Below the pieces are notes generated by a model that was not told the DNA's origin, searched no databases, and worked only from the letters and a program-made list of their open reading frames with translations. A stretch of 52,964 bases of DNA, taken from contig JAPEUD010000032.1 in NCBI GenBank assembly GCA_026026165.1, forward strand, positions 186,001 to 238,964, given 5' to 3'. This DNA is from Sarea resinae. Its lineage: Eukaryota. Below, in pieces: positions 1 through 12,038 of the stretch (its first letter is position 1; every line of letters starts with the position of its first letter). A program made the position numbers and the translations under genes.

Positions 1-1023
1 TATATCGCGGATGGCCTCGAGGGGCGGGGCACCAAAGCGGCAATTCACCAGAGCTACGTTACGACATCTACCTACCTTACTGCGTAAGTGAGTGCAGCCG
101 ACCCGCACCGACTAGTGAGGCACGGTGGGCGAGACCCTGATCTCGGATGACGAACATGAACATGGCCCCTGGTTCGGTGATAGCGTGGGGAGCGGTGGAG
201 ACGACCGTTGACTTGCGCGGCATTGCCATGCCACACTGCAAAACACCGGAGATCTCTTCTATCTTGGTCAAGGGGCCAGGCCGATTAGCGCCTGTCAAAG
301 CTTTGATTCCGCCCGGCCATTAGAGTACGGAGTAAACGTTGGAGGAGACCTTAGGACGTAGACGTGGACGCGAGGAAACGATCGTCGCGACAGTCGACAA
401 CTACACGGCCACCTCGTGGGAGACGGGATGAGGGATGAGGCACGACCCGAGCGAGAGAGACAAGGGCTCTCCTGCTAAAACTTTGTTCTCGTTTTCCGCA
501 ACAATGAAGAGCTCACACCTGCGTCGCTTTGGCTGCATTCCGTCTTTGACTCGACCTTGCGGACGGACAACGACTGTCGAGATCATTACCATTTGAGCTC
601 TGGCCAAGGCGGGCGGGCCGCGAGTAGCGCATTGCGCCGCCGCCGACGATGCTTAGCTTCGGGCACCATGTGCGGGAAGCTTCCGCTCGAGGCATCAATT
701 CCGTGTCCGTCGGAGCCAAGTCCGTTTATTCATGTCCGTTCAGCTCTCTGCTCTGCCAAGTTGACCGACAAATCGTCTATCCGCCGGTCCCCCTCCGGAC
801 CGAGAATGAGGTGTGCGCTGCCCATGGTCATGCCGTGGGACAAATCTGGTCATATCGTGATTGCATTTCGCGTCTTTTCATTACATATCGTCTCCTTTGT
901 GCTACTGACCGCCATTAAAGCTCATCACCGACTCTAAAAACGAAGAACCTCGGGTCCTTCTCATCAAACAACATGTTGCGTGCTTTAGTAAGATCAATCT
1001 CTTTCTTCAGGGAAGAGAGAATC

Positions 1024-1030
1024 AAAAAAA
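1024..1030 (-). terminator. RNA polymerase III terminator (T7) of tRNA-Gly
   Basis: A7 on the + strand gives T7 immediately 3' of the tRNA discriminator base. Confidence 0.8.
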
Positions 1031-1132
1031 TGCGTCGGCCGGGAATCGAACCCGGGGCCCATCGAAACTATCACGGAACTCGTAGAGTAATGTTTCTGGC
1101 AACGATGGATTTTACCACTAAACCACCAACGC
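1031..1132 (-). tRNA. tRNA-Gly (anticodon GCC) with a 31-nt intron (1066-1096)
   Basis: The reverse complement reads GCGTTGG TG GTTTAGTGGTAAAAT C CATCG TT GCC A [intron] T CGATG GGCC CCGGG TTCGATT CCCGG CCGACGC A. Acceptor, D, anticodon and T arms all pair. The intron sits one base 3' of the anticodon and the mature length is 71 nt. Confidence 0.95.
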
Positions 1133-2444
1133 CTTTCACGTGACACAGGCTGCCGTATGAATCATGATATCCTAGTCGATGCTGCTACCAGTCTACGATC
1201 GCAGGCTGAAGACCAACCAAAATTTCGTCATTAGTTACAGCCTATAGATACGAGGCATATCCGACTTCATGCGAGCTGAAAGATCAATTGGATAATTCAT
1301 GATCGATTGCAGTCTGTCCACTCGTGACTACGATACGTGCATACGAAAACATGCATCGGAGTACAGTTCACGCGCGACCGAAGAGAGGAAAACAGAAGCA
1401 AAGCGGTAGTCCCGCGGAGAGGCCCGTGCTGGTGCTGGTGCGGAAGGTACCGCCGGCAGATCAAACTGTCACCTAACACCTACTAGGTACTAAACTACCT
1501 CTGTTGTTGTTGAACGCGGTGAACCGATCCGCCCGCTGTTCTATTTAGCATTGCTCGAGGAATGCTTCCGTTGTGGGATGATCGGCCCTTTGCAGGCCAG
1601 GGGCTGCCGTAGAGTACCTTATTACCAGCTATGTAGTCTTCGAATCCGAGGACGAAAGAACCGAATTAGCCAAAACAATCCGGAAGAGCTTGCGGCTTTT
1701 CCTCTGCGCTACGACGGGCACTACTCCTGTGATCGGCGGGGATGATACATCGTAGACTGATGGATCATGTATCAATCCCTGAACGAGATACATCCTGCAG
1801 CATGCATACATGAGATACATGAGATGCGATGCCCGCTCTGCGTCGCTGATGCGTCCTCGGCCGAGCTGCTGAACGCCAAGTTTGGTCTTACTTGGTCTTA
1901 CGTCGTGTGTTCTGTCAGACCTGACGGCGCTGTCGTGTCGTGTCGGGTGGTCGTGTCGGGTCCCTTAAGGACCGACCGTCCGCGATGTGGTGCATCATTT
2001 CGGGCATTTGCATTTGGTCTTCCTGTTGAGTAACGTCGAAAACCCCGTCTGTCTTACCTGACCAGCTGAGTCGCTCCGGGCACCGTCTGTATCCCATCAA
2101 TGGCTTGGCCATCGTGGAAGATGTGGTGGCTGCAGCAATGACTCTGTGGAATGGGTGTGAAGGTGACTCGATTGGGATGCCGTTCTTGGTGTCCCTTCGA
2201 GGGTCGGCGGGAACGAATCTCCTTCACATCTCTTGATCGGCCGCATCGGGACAGTGCATGGAGTCTGGAGGGCCATGGGCAGTGATGCGGATGGACGATA
2301 CACAACAACAATCACCATCAGCATCCCCACTCGGGGGGCATCAAGCATATCGAATTCATTGATTTGGTCACCGTTGTTGCTGCTGTTGCTCGTTCCAAAG
2401 CCTCACTTTCGTACTCCTTTCCTTTCAACACCGTGATATCGGCC

Positions 2445-4016
2445 ATGGACTCTTCCAAGGGCTCGTCAAGGCGAGCGAGCCAGGCCTCCGGGGCACCAAA
2501 GGTTATGAAAACCTCATCTGTAGAGATACGACGATTCGTCGTGGCCTCGATCATCGCAGGCATCGCCATCCTCTGTCTCTTCTTCGTGAACCTCGCCTAC
2601 CTCTACGGATCCACCCATCATCAGACATCCAAATATCATGCCTTCGATATACTGATCGTTGACTATGATGGAGGCCTCGTGGGTAAATCCCTCCTCGGTG
2701 CCTACCAGCAACTCAAAGGTCCGGGCTTTCCCACCTTCACCCTCGAACCCGTCTTCAAATACCCCACCCCAGATGCCGTCCTCCAGGCCGTCCGACACCA
2801 GCACTACTGGGCCGCCATCTACACCACCGCCAATGCCTCCCAGCGACTTTCCGCCGCGCTCAATGGCGGACCAGCAGCGATGGCCTACAATGCCAGCGAG
2901 GCTCTCACCTATGTCTGGAACGAAATCCGCTACCCCGCCACCACCGCGTCCGTCCTGTCCTCGTCGCTCGACCAAATCGTCGCCGTGTCCCGTCTGGCAT
3001 ATAACGCCATCAACGGTACCGCCGCGTTCAAGTCTGTGACGGCGACCTCGCCCGCCGCCATCGCAGCCTACCTGAACCCGATCGCCTCGTCGGCAATCAA
3101 CATCGCCGCGGCGCCGCAGGGCTCCAAGGTCTTCTACAACACGATCAGCATGGCCATGCCGATCATCCAGCAATTCTTTTTCATATTAGCGCTAAACGCC
3201 ATCAGCATCAAATTCCGGCTATACACGAGTCTCTCGTTGCGCCGGCTCGCGCTCGTGCGTCTGGCGGCCTCGGCCACCTTTACCTTTCTCGCCGCTCTGA
3301 CGACGACCGCCTACATCTGGGCCTTCCGCGAGGCCTGGACCGTGCACGCCGGTCAGTTTGCCCTGACCTGGATGCTCCTCTGGCTCCTCATGCACATTTA
3401 TTACTGCGTGATCGACTGCGCGGCGTCGCTGCTGCCCCAGCCGCTCCTACCTTTTCTCGTCGTCTCCTTCATCTTTGTTACCATTACATCGACCTTCAAC
3501 CCGTTTGAGATCAGTGCCGGCTTCTACCGCTGGGGGTATGCTTTACCTGCCTACGAGGCATACGAGCTGCTCACGGACGTCTGGGCCGACGGCCCCGCCG
3601 CCAGGCTCTATCGTGCCCTGCCCGTGCTATTCGCGTGGTGGATCGTCGCGCTCGTGATGGCGGCTTTAGGATTGGTGGTTTCGCGGAGAAGAGCACTTAA
3701 GGCGCTTGCGGGCGGTGCAGTGGGTGAGGCGGATGGGGCGGAGATCACGGTCAATGAGGCCATTGCGAGGGTCGAGGGGCACATGGCTGGGCCTGGTGGT
3801 GAGAAGGAGATTAAAGAGGAGAACGAGAAGGAGAGCGAGAAAGAAAGCGAGAAGGAGAGTGGGAAAGAAGGCGACAAGGACATCAAGAAGGACATCGAGA
3901 AGGAGACAGTGCAGAATCACGAAACAGAGATCGAAGCCAAGAAATCCGACACCATCAATCCTCCTTTGCCTTTACCCGATGACGCCGTTACGGCCAAGGC
4001 CTCGATCAAGGAATGA
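2445..4016 (+). CDS. SNG1/DUF3533-like multi-pass membrane protein (nitrosoguanidine-resistance family)
   Basis: Intronless ORF with the first ATG in good context (gccATGG) at 2445. It has an N-terminal TM helix, 'LYGS', 'IVDYDGG', 'YWAAIY', several C-terminal hydrophobic helices, 'GFYRWGYALP' and a K/E-rich low-complexity tail. Family recognised from motifs. Confidence 0.8.
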   Translation: MDSSKGSSRRASQASGAPKVMKTSSVEIRRFVVASIIAGIAILCLFFVNLAYLYGSTHHQTSKYHAFDILIVDYDGGLVGKSLLGAYQQLKGPGFPTFTLEPVFKYPTPDAVLQAVRHQHYWAAIYTTANASQRLSAALNGGPAAMAYNASEALTYVWNEIRYPATTASVLSSSLDQIVAVSRLAYNAINGTAAFKSVTATSPAAIAAYLNPIASSAINIAAAPQGSKVFYNTISMAMPIIQQFFFILALNAISIKFRLYTSLSLRRLALVRLAASATFTFLAALTTTAYIWAFREAWTVHAGQFALTWMLLWLLMHIYYCVIDCAASLLPQPLLPFLVVSFIFVTITSTFNPFEISAGFYRWGYALPAYEAYELLTDVWADGPAARLYRALPVLFAWWIVALVMAALGLVVSRRRALKALAGGAVGEADGAEITVNEAIARVEGHMAGPGGEKEIKEENEKESEKESEKESGKEGDKDIKKDIEKETVQNHETEIEAKKSDTINPPLPLPDDAVTAKASIKE

Positions 4017-4074
4017 ACCAAAGCTCCACCGTTCCCCCTCAAAAGGACAAAAGCGTCTGCCTCTTTCGTGGCCG

Positions 4075-4098
4075 TGGTTGTGGTTGTGGTTGTGGTTG
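4075..4098. repeat. (TGGTTG)4 microsatellite in the 3' region of the SNG1-like gene
   Basis: Four exact tandem copies are visible. Confidence 0.9.
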
Positions 4099-4627
4099 TC
4101 TGACTTTCTTCATCTGTCTGTTTCTCTGTACGCTAACAGCATTTGCTCCTACATATTCCTTCCAGCTAATCTGCCATCAATCTCTTTCTTTCTTTCTTCT
4201 TTTCTTGTTTCTTTCAGAATGTACGTACGTATGATAAACCTTTTCAATTGACACTCTACGCTGTCTACGCCCGCAAAACACTAAACCCAAATCAAATGAA
4301 ATCTAATGAATAATCGGGATTGGAGATCCATAGATATCTGCGCTTAGATAGCCCTATAAAATGCAGGCACTAGGCGATACCCAGGTCGGCATGTATAGTT
4401 TGAGGTTGTCGCTGTGCCGTGCCGTGAGAGGGTCACGAGAGGAGCGGCATAAACACGTCACCCCCCTCTCCTCTACCTCTCTCATCTACCTACTCCTTCA
4501 TACCAAATCAAACCATATCCTGTCTACCCCGAGAAACAGTATCCCAGCCCTATTAAAATCCCCACAGCCTACAAAAAGGGAACGTGCCCGCCCTTTGACG
4601 GGTCCCTGATTAATGAATGCGGTATAG

Positions 4628-4659
4628 GCTGCCGCTGCTACTGCTGCTGCTGCTGCTGC
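4628..4659. repeat. Imperfect (GCT)n microsatellite
   Basis: gctgccgctgctactgctgctgctgctgctgc. Confidence 0.85.
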
Positions 4660-5274
4660 GAGAGAGGGACTATTATCACGTGATTCCCATTCGTGACTTA
4701 GTCGGTCGTGCTTGAGTAGATATAGCATTACTTCACCTCTTCTACCACGAGAACAGTGATTCCTAAAAGAGTATATAAAAACCGATCGTACCTATTATTT
4801 CTCCTATAGCGACAGCCGACAGACAGACAGACGCACACAACGACCAAAGTGAAAACATAAACCGGAACTAGACTAGACTAGACGTATAACGCTATAGAGA
4901 CAGACCACAAATTTGAAAGGCGGAGGACCCGAAATAGCGGAAGAAACAAGACGGAGAGAGGCGTAAGAAGGGGCAGTGGAGGGAAGATATAGATGGGTGG
5001 AAGAAGGTCCAGGAGAAATTAAAAACGCTTGCGCTCCTCCTCCTCCTCGCTCTGCACGCGCAATCAATCAACCAATCAATCAGAAGCAAAACAGTTGAAA
5101 AACCAATATGGTGATAAATCAACAACCATCCGAGCCAGCCAATTTGCTCGAGATACCGATCTAAGTTCCCTCATCTGTCCATCCATCTTTATTTCCATGT
5201 TGCTCTATTCCCTGTTTTGTGTGTGTGCATGCGTGCGTGCCGCTTTGTTCTATTGCAGTCTATTGAAGACGCCT

Positions 5275-8200
5275 CTATTGCATAAACTTCTTCACCGCTC
5301 CTTGCATAAGGATGCCAGTGTTTGTAATCTGCGTTGATGCACAGGTCAGAAAAGACCTCAAAGAGCTCGTGGAAGTGCTGGAATAACACGGCGAACTTAC
5401 TCTTGGCGGGTTCATCACTGAAAAGTGATCTCCTTCGATAGCCACACATTCCACCTCCCCAACAAGTCTATCCCATCCATTGGGCCCAAAAGTCGTCCGT
5501 TCAGCTTTCAACCAATCCTTACTTAACCCGACTTTCTCCTCGCCATCACCGCTCTCTTCAGCCTTACCATAGGGGTCTTCGGCGGACTTCTTCTCCGCCT
5601 CTGCCGCCTGCTCGGAAACCTGCTGGACCGCATTGCCCAATTCTTCGAAGAGGCCGTTCTTGGCCCAAATGATAAAGACATTGCCTGGTCGGTGTCCTGG
5701 AGACATCGGAATGGGATCGTAGACTTTCAGCGCCTTGACGCAAGAAACGAGATGTTGTTTTGTACCCAGAGGCAGGGGAACGTCGGGCTTCCCGGCACGC
5801 TTGATCCCGACGAAAAGGCCGGTCTGTTCCATTAGCTCGATGGTTGGCGTGGGCATATGGGGAAGAGGTTTCGGGCATGGGCTGTCGATCATGATTATAC
5901 CCTTGATCTCCTCTCCCTGGGCAAGTAGCTGGCGAGCGACTTCGTAGGCGTGAATGCCGCCGAGAGACCATCCGCCGAGAAGGTAGGGACCGTGTGGCTG
6001 AATGTTCCGCATCTCGTCTACGTACATGGTTGCCACGGCCTCGAAGGAGACGTCGTACTCTAGAGGGCAATGGAGGTAAGGGGACTCCAAAGCGTAGACG
6101 GGAAGGCCGGTGGGGAAAGGCGGGAGGTTGATGTAGGAAGCGGCGGATCCGGCACCGTCGGCAATGAGGAAAAGAGCGGGTAGACCGGATGTTGGCCGTC
6201 CTTGGAGAAAGACGGAGTGGCTGGAGTATCTGGGCGTTGTCTTTTTCACCTTGATCTTCAGAGACGAGGAGAAGATAGGAGGCTCCACCGTACTTTTGAG
6301 TGCCTTTCTCACTTCCGCTGCCGTTGGATGCTCGTTGAAGAAAGAAGCCGGCAGTATCCTGCCGGTCTGATCCTTGACAACACCGAGAACAGCAATGCTC
6401 ATGAGCGAGTCGACACCCAAATCCGAGAACATGGTTGACTCATCGATCTCGTTCACATCTATCCCGGTCTCGGCGGCAACAGCGGAGATGAAGACTTCGG
6501 CGACATCCATCTCACCTACAGAGGGTATAGAGGTGTCGAGAGATTCGGATTGCTCCGACGGCGTTTCGAGTCCCACGGAAAGCTCATTGCTGCTGTCATC
6601 GCTGCTATCCAGAGGCTGCTGATCTTGGAGTATACTTTGAAAATAATCTCTGAGTTCGCCAACCGTAGGATATGTTGAGAAGATGGAGGTCGGGATGGGG
6701 ATCGTGAGCTTCGCCTGTATTCGTGACGTGATGGATATCTTCAGAAGCGAATCGACACCTAGATCTTCAAAGTTGGCTTCATCAACAAGGTCTCCAACTT
6801 CTAATCCAGCTTCGGCGGCAATCATGTCAAGGACTTCTCTGAAAGAAAGCCCAAGGTCCGGTGGCGTTGACAGTGCCTGTTGAGGTACCGGATTACGTTT
6901 TCCGGGCGTGTGGGCGACTCGTGCGTCACTGCTCTTGGCAGAACTCTTCGATGCGGCCAGGCCCTTTGTCGTTGCCGACGCCATAGTTGCGGATCCACCA
7001 CTGCTTTGAGCGGAAGACTTGCAGCAGCCAGAGAGTAAAGTCTGGAGAACCCTCTTCTTCATCTCTTGGAATTTGAGACCGCTGCATACTGCAACGACAT
7101 CATCTCCATCAAAGATGTAAACATCTCCGACGAAGACTCCTCGACCACTGGAGGCCGGCTGCATACGAACATAACTGGTGTATGGTCGATCTTCGGAAAG
7201 CGAGTCCGCAATCCGTAGACTTTCCCAGCCATGCGAGATGTATACAGTGTCTTCAGCAGTGGTAACGTTTCCGTTCAGGACAAACCCAGCCAGATGAACA
7301 ATGCTGTCAATCCAATATGGACTGTATGTGAACTCGCCATTTCCTGCACTCGGTTGGAACCTGACGCTCGCAACTGCTTCATTGAGACCGCTGTCCAGGA
7401 ACACCTCCCTCAAACCGCGATACTTTTCGTCGTACATAACAAGCGCAGCGAAGAGCTTGTAGACCATTGGACCAAGTAGCCGATGTGCAACCCCGACACT
7501 GGCAGAACTGACAAGACCATCCATCCGGGTCTTGATGAGATAGGCAGTCTTAGCCCAACCGGACTTCCATTCATTGCCGAGGCCGAAGCCGACTGTACAG
7601 CGAGCATGGTCATGAGATTCGGATCCATCTTCGGAACTGAAGTGGATTTCCACAGAATTCGAGTGTGCTGCTCTCGTGGCGGAGACTCGGACAAGCTGGT
7701 TCTGGCTATCCTTCTGGACTATGAGTGGTCTGAATACCTCCATATGTAACACATCCATAGCCGGAGTTTGTTTTCCAGGCTCCATCTTGGTGTAAAGGTA
7801 ATGTGCTGCAGTGAAAGCCATATCCGAGTACACAGAGCTGGGACATAGACCAAATCCATCCACGAGATGGCCTTGGATTGCTGCCAAAAGCTTCGGTTCT
7901 GAAGGATCTGATCTGAACGTCACTGAAGCACCGTCTTGGGTAAATTTCTCCTTCTCCACTCGTTGTAGACAAGTTGTTGAGAACGCCGGTAACGGGTCGT
8001 TAGTGACTGGTTGACTAGATTTCCTTGAAGTCGTGACGGTTTCATTTTGTATCCAGTAATTCTTAAGATCGAAGGCATAAGTTGGCAGTTCTAACAGACG
8101 GAGAGCGTTCTGGTACGACTTGTGGTAGTCTGCCCAGACGATACCTGCTCCGCTGTTGTAAGCAGTGGTGAGACCCTTCGCTATCAGCTTCCAGCAATCT

Positions 8201-11200
8201 TCCTTGAGTTTGAGAGTAGGAATTGATCTTGTGGGAGATAAATCAAGGGATGACCTTATTAGACCGAGACACACTGGACTCGGACCAATCTCAATCCACA
8301 AAGTATGATTGTCAATAAGACCACGAGTCTTGCAGGCTTGTAAAGCTCCGACAAAGTCGACCTTTTGTCTGGCCTGGCGAGCCAAATAGTTTGCGGTGAA
8401 GATACCTTCATCGTTGACAATTTCGCCTTGAAGCGTAGAGGCGACAGGTATGGCTGGCCGTATGAATCGCACGCTTTCCGCCACTGTTTCGAATTCCTTC
8501 AAGATTGGATCTAGTTGAGGAGAATGGAAAGCATACGGAACTTTCAAAACAGTCGTCTTGACGTTTTCAGCTCCCAGAACAGCTGCCAGCTGTTCGATGT
8601 CTTTGACAGAACCACTTACGACAGTAGAACTAGGGGCGTTAAGACATGAAATACCACAAGATTTGAGTTGTTGGCTATCCAGGACCTTTTGAACCGCAGC
8701 GGCAGGAGATTGGATGGCAAGCATTGAATGCGTATTCGCGGTGCACATCTTCTCCATCATCTCGGCCCGTTTCCCAACGAGAAAAAGCATATCCGTTACG
8801 GATAGCACACCAGCCATGCAGAGCGCTGGATACTCCCCCAGACTGTGGCCAATTACCACATCTGGTTTCAATCCCCACGACTGCCACAGTGTAGCAAGCC
8901 CAAGCTCGAGAGATACAAGACCTAGTTGAATCTGAACAGGTGTCATTGCATCCATGTCGAGCTCGTTCTCAGTGATCATCTTAAGGAAAGACGGTAAGCC
9001 TTGTCGTACACAAATGCTATCGTAACTTAGGATATTTTGTCGGAACGGAGGGCAAGAATCGAAGAGCTCTTTGCCCATCCCAGAATACTGAGATCCTTGG
9101 CCAGTGAAGGCAAAGACGACAGCTGGCTGGCCCACCGTTCGGTTTGGTTCATTGGAGCTAGCCAAGTCTTTTGACAAGTTTCCCACCAGATCTTGGACAG
9201 TAGAAACAGAGAAGGAGGTTCGATATATATGATGCAGCCTTCGAGCAGTTGTCGTATATGACAAGTCGGCCAAATTTGTGTCAGGCTTTGCTTTCAGGTA
9301 CTCAAGAAGACGCTCTTTATTTCGCCTCAAAGAGGTCAAAGTTTTGGCGGACAAAGCAATGGCATGATGAGAGCGGGGATCCTCTCCCTGTATCGAAATT
9401 TGTGGAGGATCTTCTATCAATATGCTTGTATTCCCGCCCTGAGCCCAGGTTAGTATCAAGTAATATCCTCGTATGGGTTACTTACCGTGGCATTAAAGTT
9501 GTTGAGGAGGATCTTCCTCTTCCCATCGCTCCCTGGGCCAGCTTTGAAGTATGTTTTGGTATCGGCAATGCGAAGGTTGCTTTCAGCAAGCGGCGGGAAC
9601 TCTTGATTCATGCGAGTTTTGATCCCGGGATGAGGAGGTATAGTATTCTCTCTCAGCATCAACACCGACTTGATAAGCGAAGTTATTCCGGCAGCCTGTG
9701 AAATGTCAGATTCTCCAACAGTTATGACCGAGAAGACTCATTCCAATCTCACCGCTTCTCCGTGCCCAACATTTGCTTTTACGGCTCCAATATAAAGCGG
9801 ATTGCTGGCCTTGCGATCCTTACCGAAAGTGCTCATTACCGAATTGACTTCTGATGTATCCCCAGCCTGTGTTCCAGTACCGTGCATTTCAATGTATCCA
9901 ACCTCATCAGGCTCGACACCAGCTTCGTGTAAAACCTTTTGATACAGCTTCTGTTGCGTAGGCGCATGTGGATGAGTGATTGAAATAGCATGAGCCGAAT
10001 GATTGGTCGCAACACCACGGATGACACCTTGAATGTTGTCGTGATCGGCAATTGCATCTTCAAGGCGTTTCAAAACAGTAACGCCTACACCTTCTCCTCG
10101 ACAATAGCCATCAGCTTCATCATCGAATGTTTTGCATGATCCCGTCGGAGACAGAAAGCTTCCTCTGCTCAAGCCAGCAAACATCTGCGGTCCAGTCATG
10201 AGATTACCTCCTCCAGCTATGGCGATGTCACAGTCGCGGGATAGGAGTCCTGCCGTCGCTATTTGAACCGATGCAGAACTCGATGAGCACGCAGTATCCA
10301 CGCTATACGAAGGGCCTTCCCATTTGAAATGGTAGTTCAGCCGACCCGGCGCAAACGCCCTCATTCCACCGGGAACATAGTATAGGTCAATATCCTGCGA
10401 GGCGTTACATTCTCGCCAGTCGTCTGTTGTCTGACCAAAGTATGTGCCGATCCGTCGACCGTTCTCGCCGCCATACCCAGCCATTTCCAAAGCTTCATAT
10501 GTTGTAAGCATCAGCAGTCGCTGCGTCGGATCGATTTGTGCTGCTTCTCGAGGAGACATGCTGAAGAATCGCGTATCGAATAATCCAGGGCGGTCGATGA
10601 AGCAACCGTAAGGGGTCATAGTCGAGTTCTTGAGTGCTCCAGACGGATCGCAATGGGATTCTAGGTCAAATCTGTCCTCGGGAACCTGTTACGCAAGTTA
10701 GTCGACAAAGGGCGTTTTTATCAGATATTTGGTTACCTTTTTATGCACATCGCGGCCGTTTTCAAGCAGCTCCCAGTATTCCTTTAAGCTCTCGCTACCC
10801 GGGAATCTTCCGGACATTCCGATGATAGCAATTGCTCCCGAGCTGCCCCGTGGTTCCTCTGATGACAGCTTTGACTTCTCGGATTCTGCTACCTTGATGC
10901 CTGCTTTCTCCAGCAATCGACGGAGCGACTTGCCGACATTCGTAGGCCCGAAGATCGTAATTGCAACTTCTGCCGTGCTGATTTCGGAGATGACTGCCTG
11001 AACTGTTTTGCTCCAGTACAAGGGTAATTGAAGGATATCGTCGAGAGCCAAATCAAGCAACTCACGTATTGATTCTGCAAGGAACGGCTTGCCAGAGCTG
11101 GTGGATATGACGTAAGTATTCTTCCTCAAGCTTGATTCAAGCAGCACCGATGAGCCGATGATCTTATCGGCGTCCAACTTGCCCAAATGACTGGCATGAT

Positions 11201-12038
11201 AGGCAGCTGTTATAGGCAATTGAATTTTGGGAGCTTTAGAGAATATCTCCGAAGATGATAAGAGCTGTTTCAAGACGGAAGGTGGGCCGCTAATGGTAGC
11301 GGACGAATCTGACTGGGCGCTCAAGTAGGCATGCTTGTGAACAGGTATAGACTGAAGGCTTTTAGTAACCCATCACCGACTGACTCTTGGAAATACTCAC
11401 GTGAGCAATGTGAAAGTCATCAATGACACTCTGTTGTTTGCTCGGGATCAGATCTCCAATTGCGATTGCCCAGCTTTCAGAGCTTTGCTCAATGTCCGTC
11501 GAGCGGTGGCTTGTGTCAAGTGCCAAGCGTAGAGCGATACAAAGTATCTCCGGAGCAAGTTTCAACAGATCCGTGCCAGACTTTGCACTTGCAGCAGCAG
11601 CCGAGGGAAGTAAACCCGTGCAGAGACCTAGTATATAGACTTCCGAAGATGAGGACTCGAGTAAAGTCGGATCATTTTCCACCTGACTGTCAAGGAGTAT
11701 ACATTAGCTTCGGGCTCCGACGAGCAGGGAGAAGGATGAGAGATTTACTGAAGGAGAGAACCAAGCTGTGCTATGCAAAGCAAGACGGTAGAGACCACCA
11801 CGTCATTGATGCCGCTTTGCGAGTGTGCCTCGGCGAGACCTAGGATCGACTCGAAAGAGCAGAACCTTTCCCGGTCTGCAGCATATAGTTGAGCGACCTG
11901 AGCCTTCAAAACATGGGCTGTGTCCCGGAGAAAGATAGGCAACAACGAAGAGCTCTGTGATTGACGGCTCAAGAGCTTCAAAGTGGGAAGAGTCTCGACG
12001 GTCTGGTCGCCAAAGAAGAGGAGACGAGTCTGCTCCAT
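5275..12038 (-). CDS. Non-reducing iterative type I polyketide synthase, SAT-KS-AT-PT-ACP-ACP-TE (~2141 aa)
   Basis: Exons 12038-11749, 11686-11401, 11351-10737, 10685-9753, 9695-9486, 9438-5401 and 5328-5275 sum to 6426 nt in frame, and all introns are GT..AG. Motifs: SAT 'FFGDQT' and 'GLCTG'; KS 'DTACSSS', 'EMHGTGT' and 'GHGEAAAG'; AT 'GHSLGEY' and 'AFHS'; PT 'GHLVDG..LCPSS' and '[10 protein letters not shown]'; two ACPs 'LGVDSLL' and 'LGVDSLM'; TE 'GWSLGG' and 'GDHFSVM'. Confidence 0.95.

Noticed and set aside
1..1000. Short ORFs (77-298, 557-937, etc.) as genes
   Set aside because: No recognisable motifs. A possible minus-strand splice donor near 80 could not be built into a gene model.
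2514..4251. Overlapping or antisense ORFs (2514-3173, 2659-3039, 3706-4251)
   Set aside because: These are shadow ORFs of the GC-rich SNG1-like CDS and its low-complexity tail.
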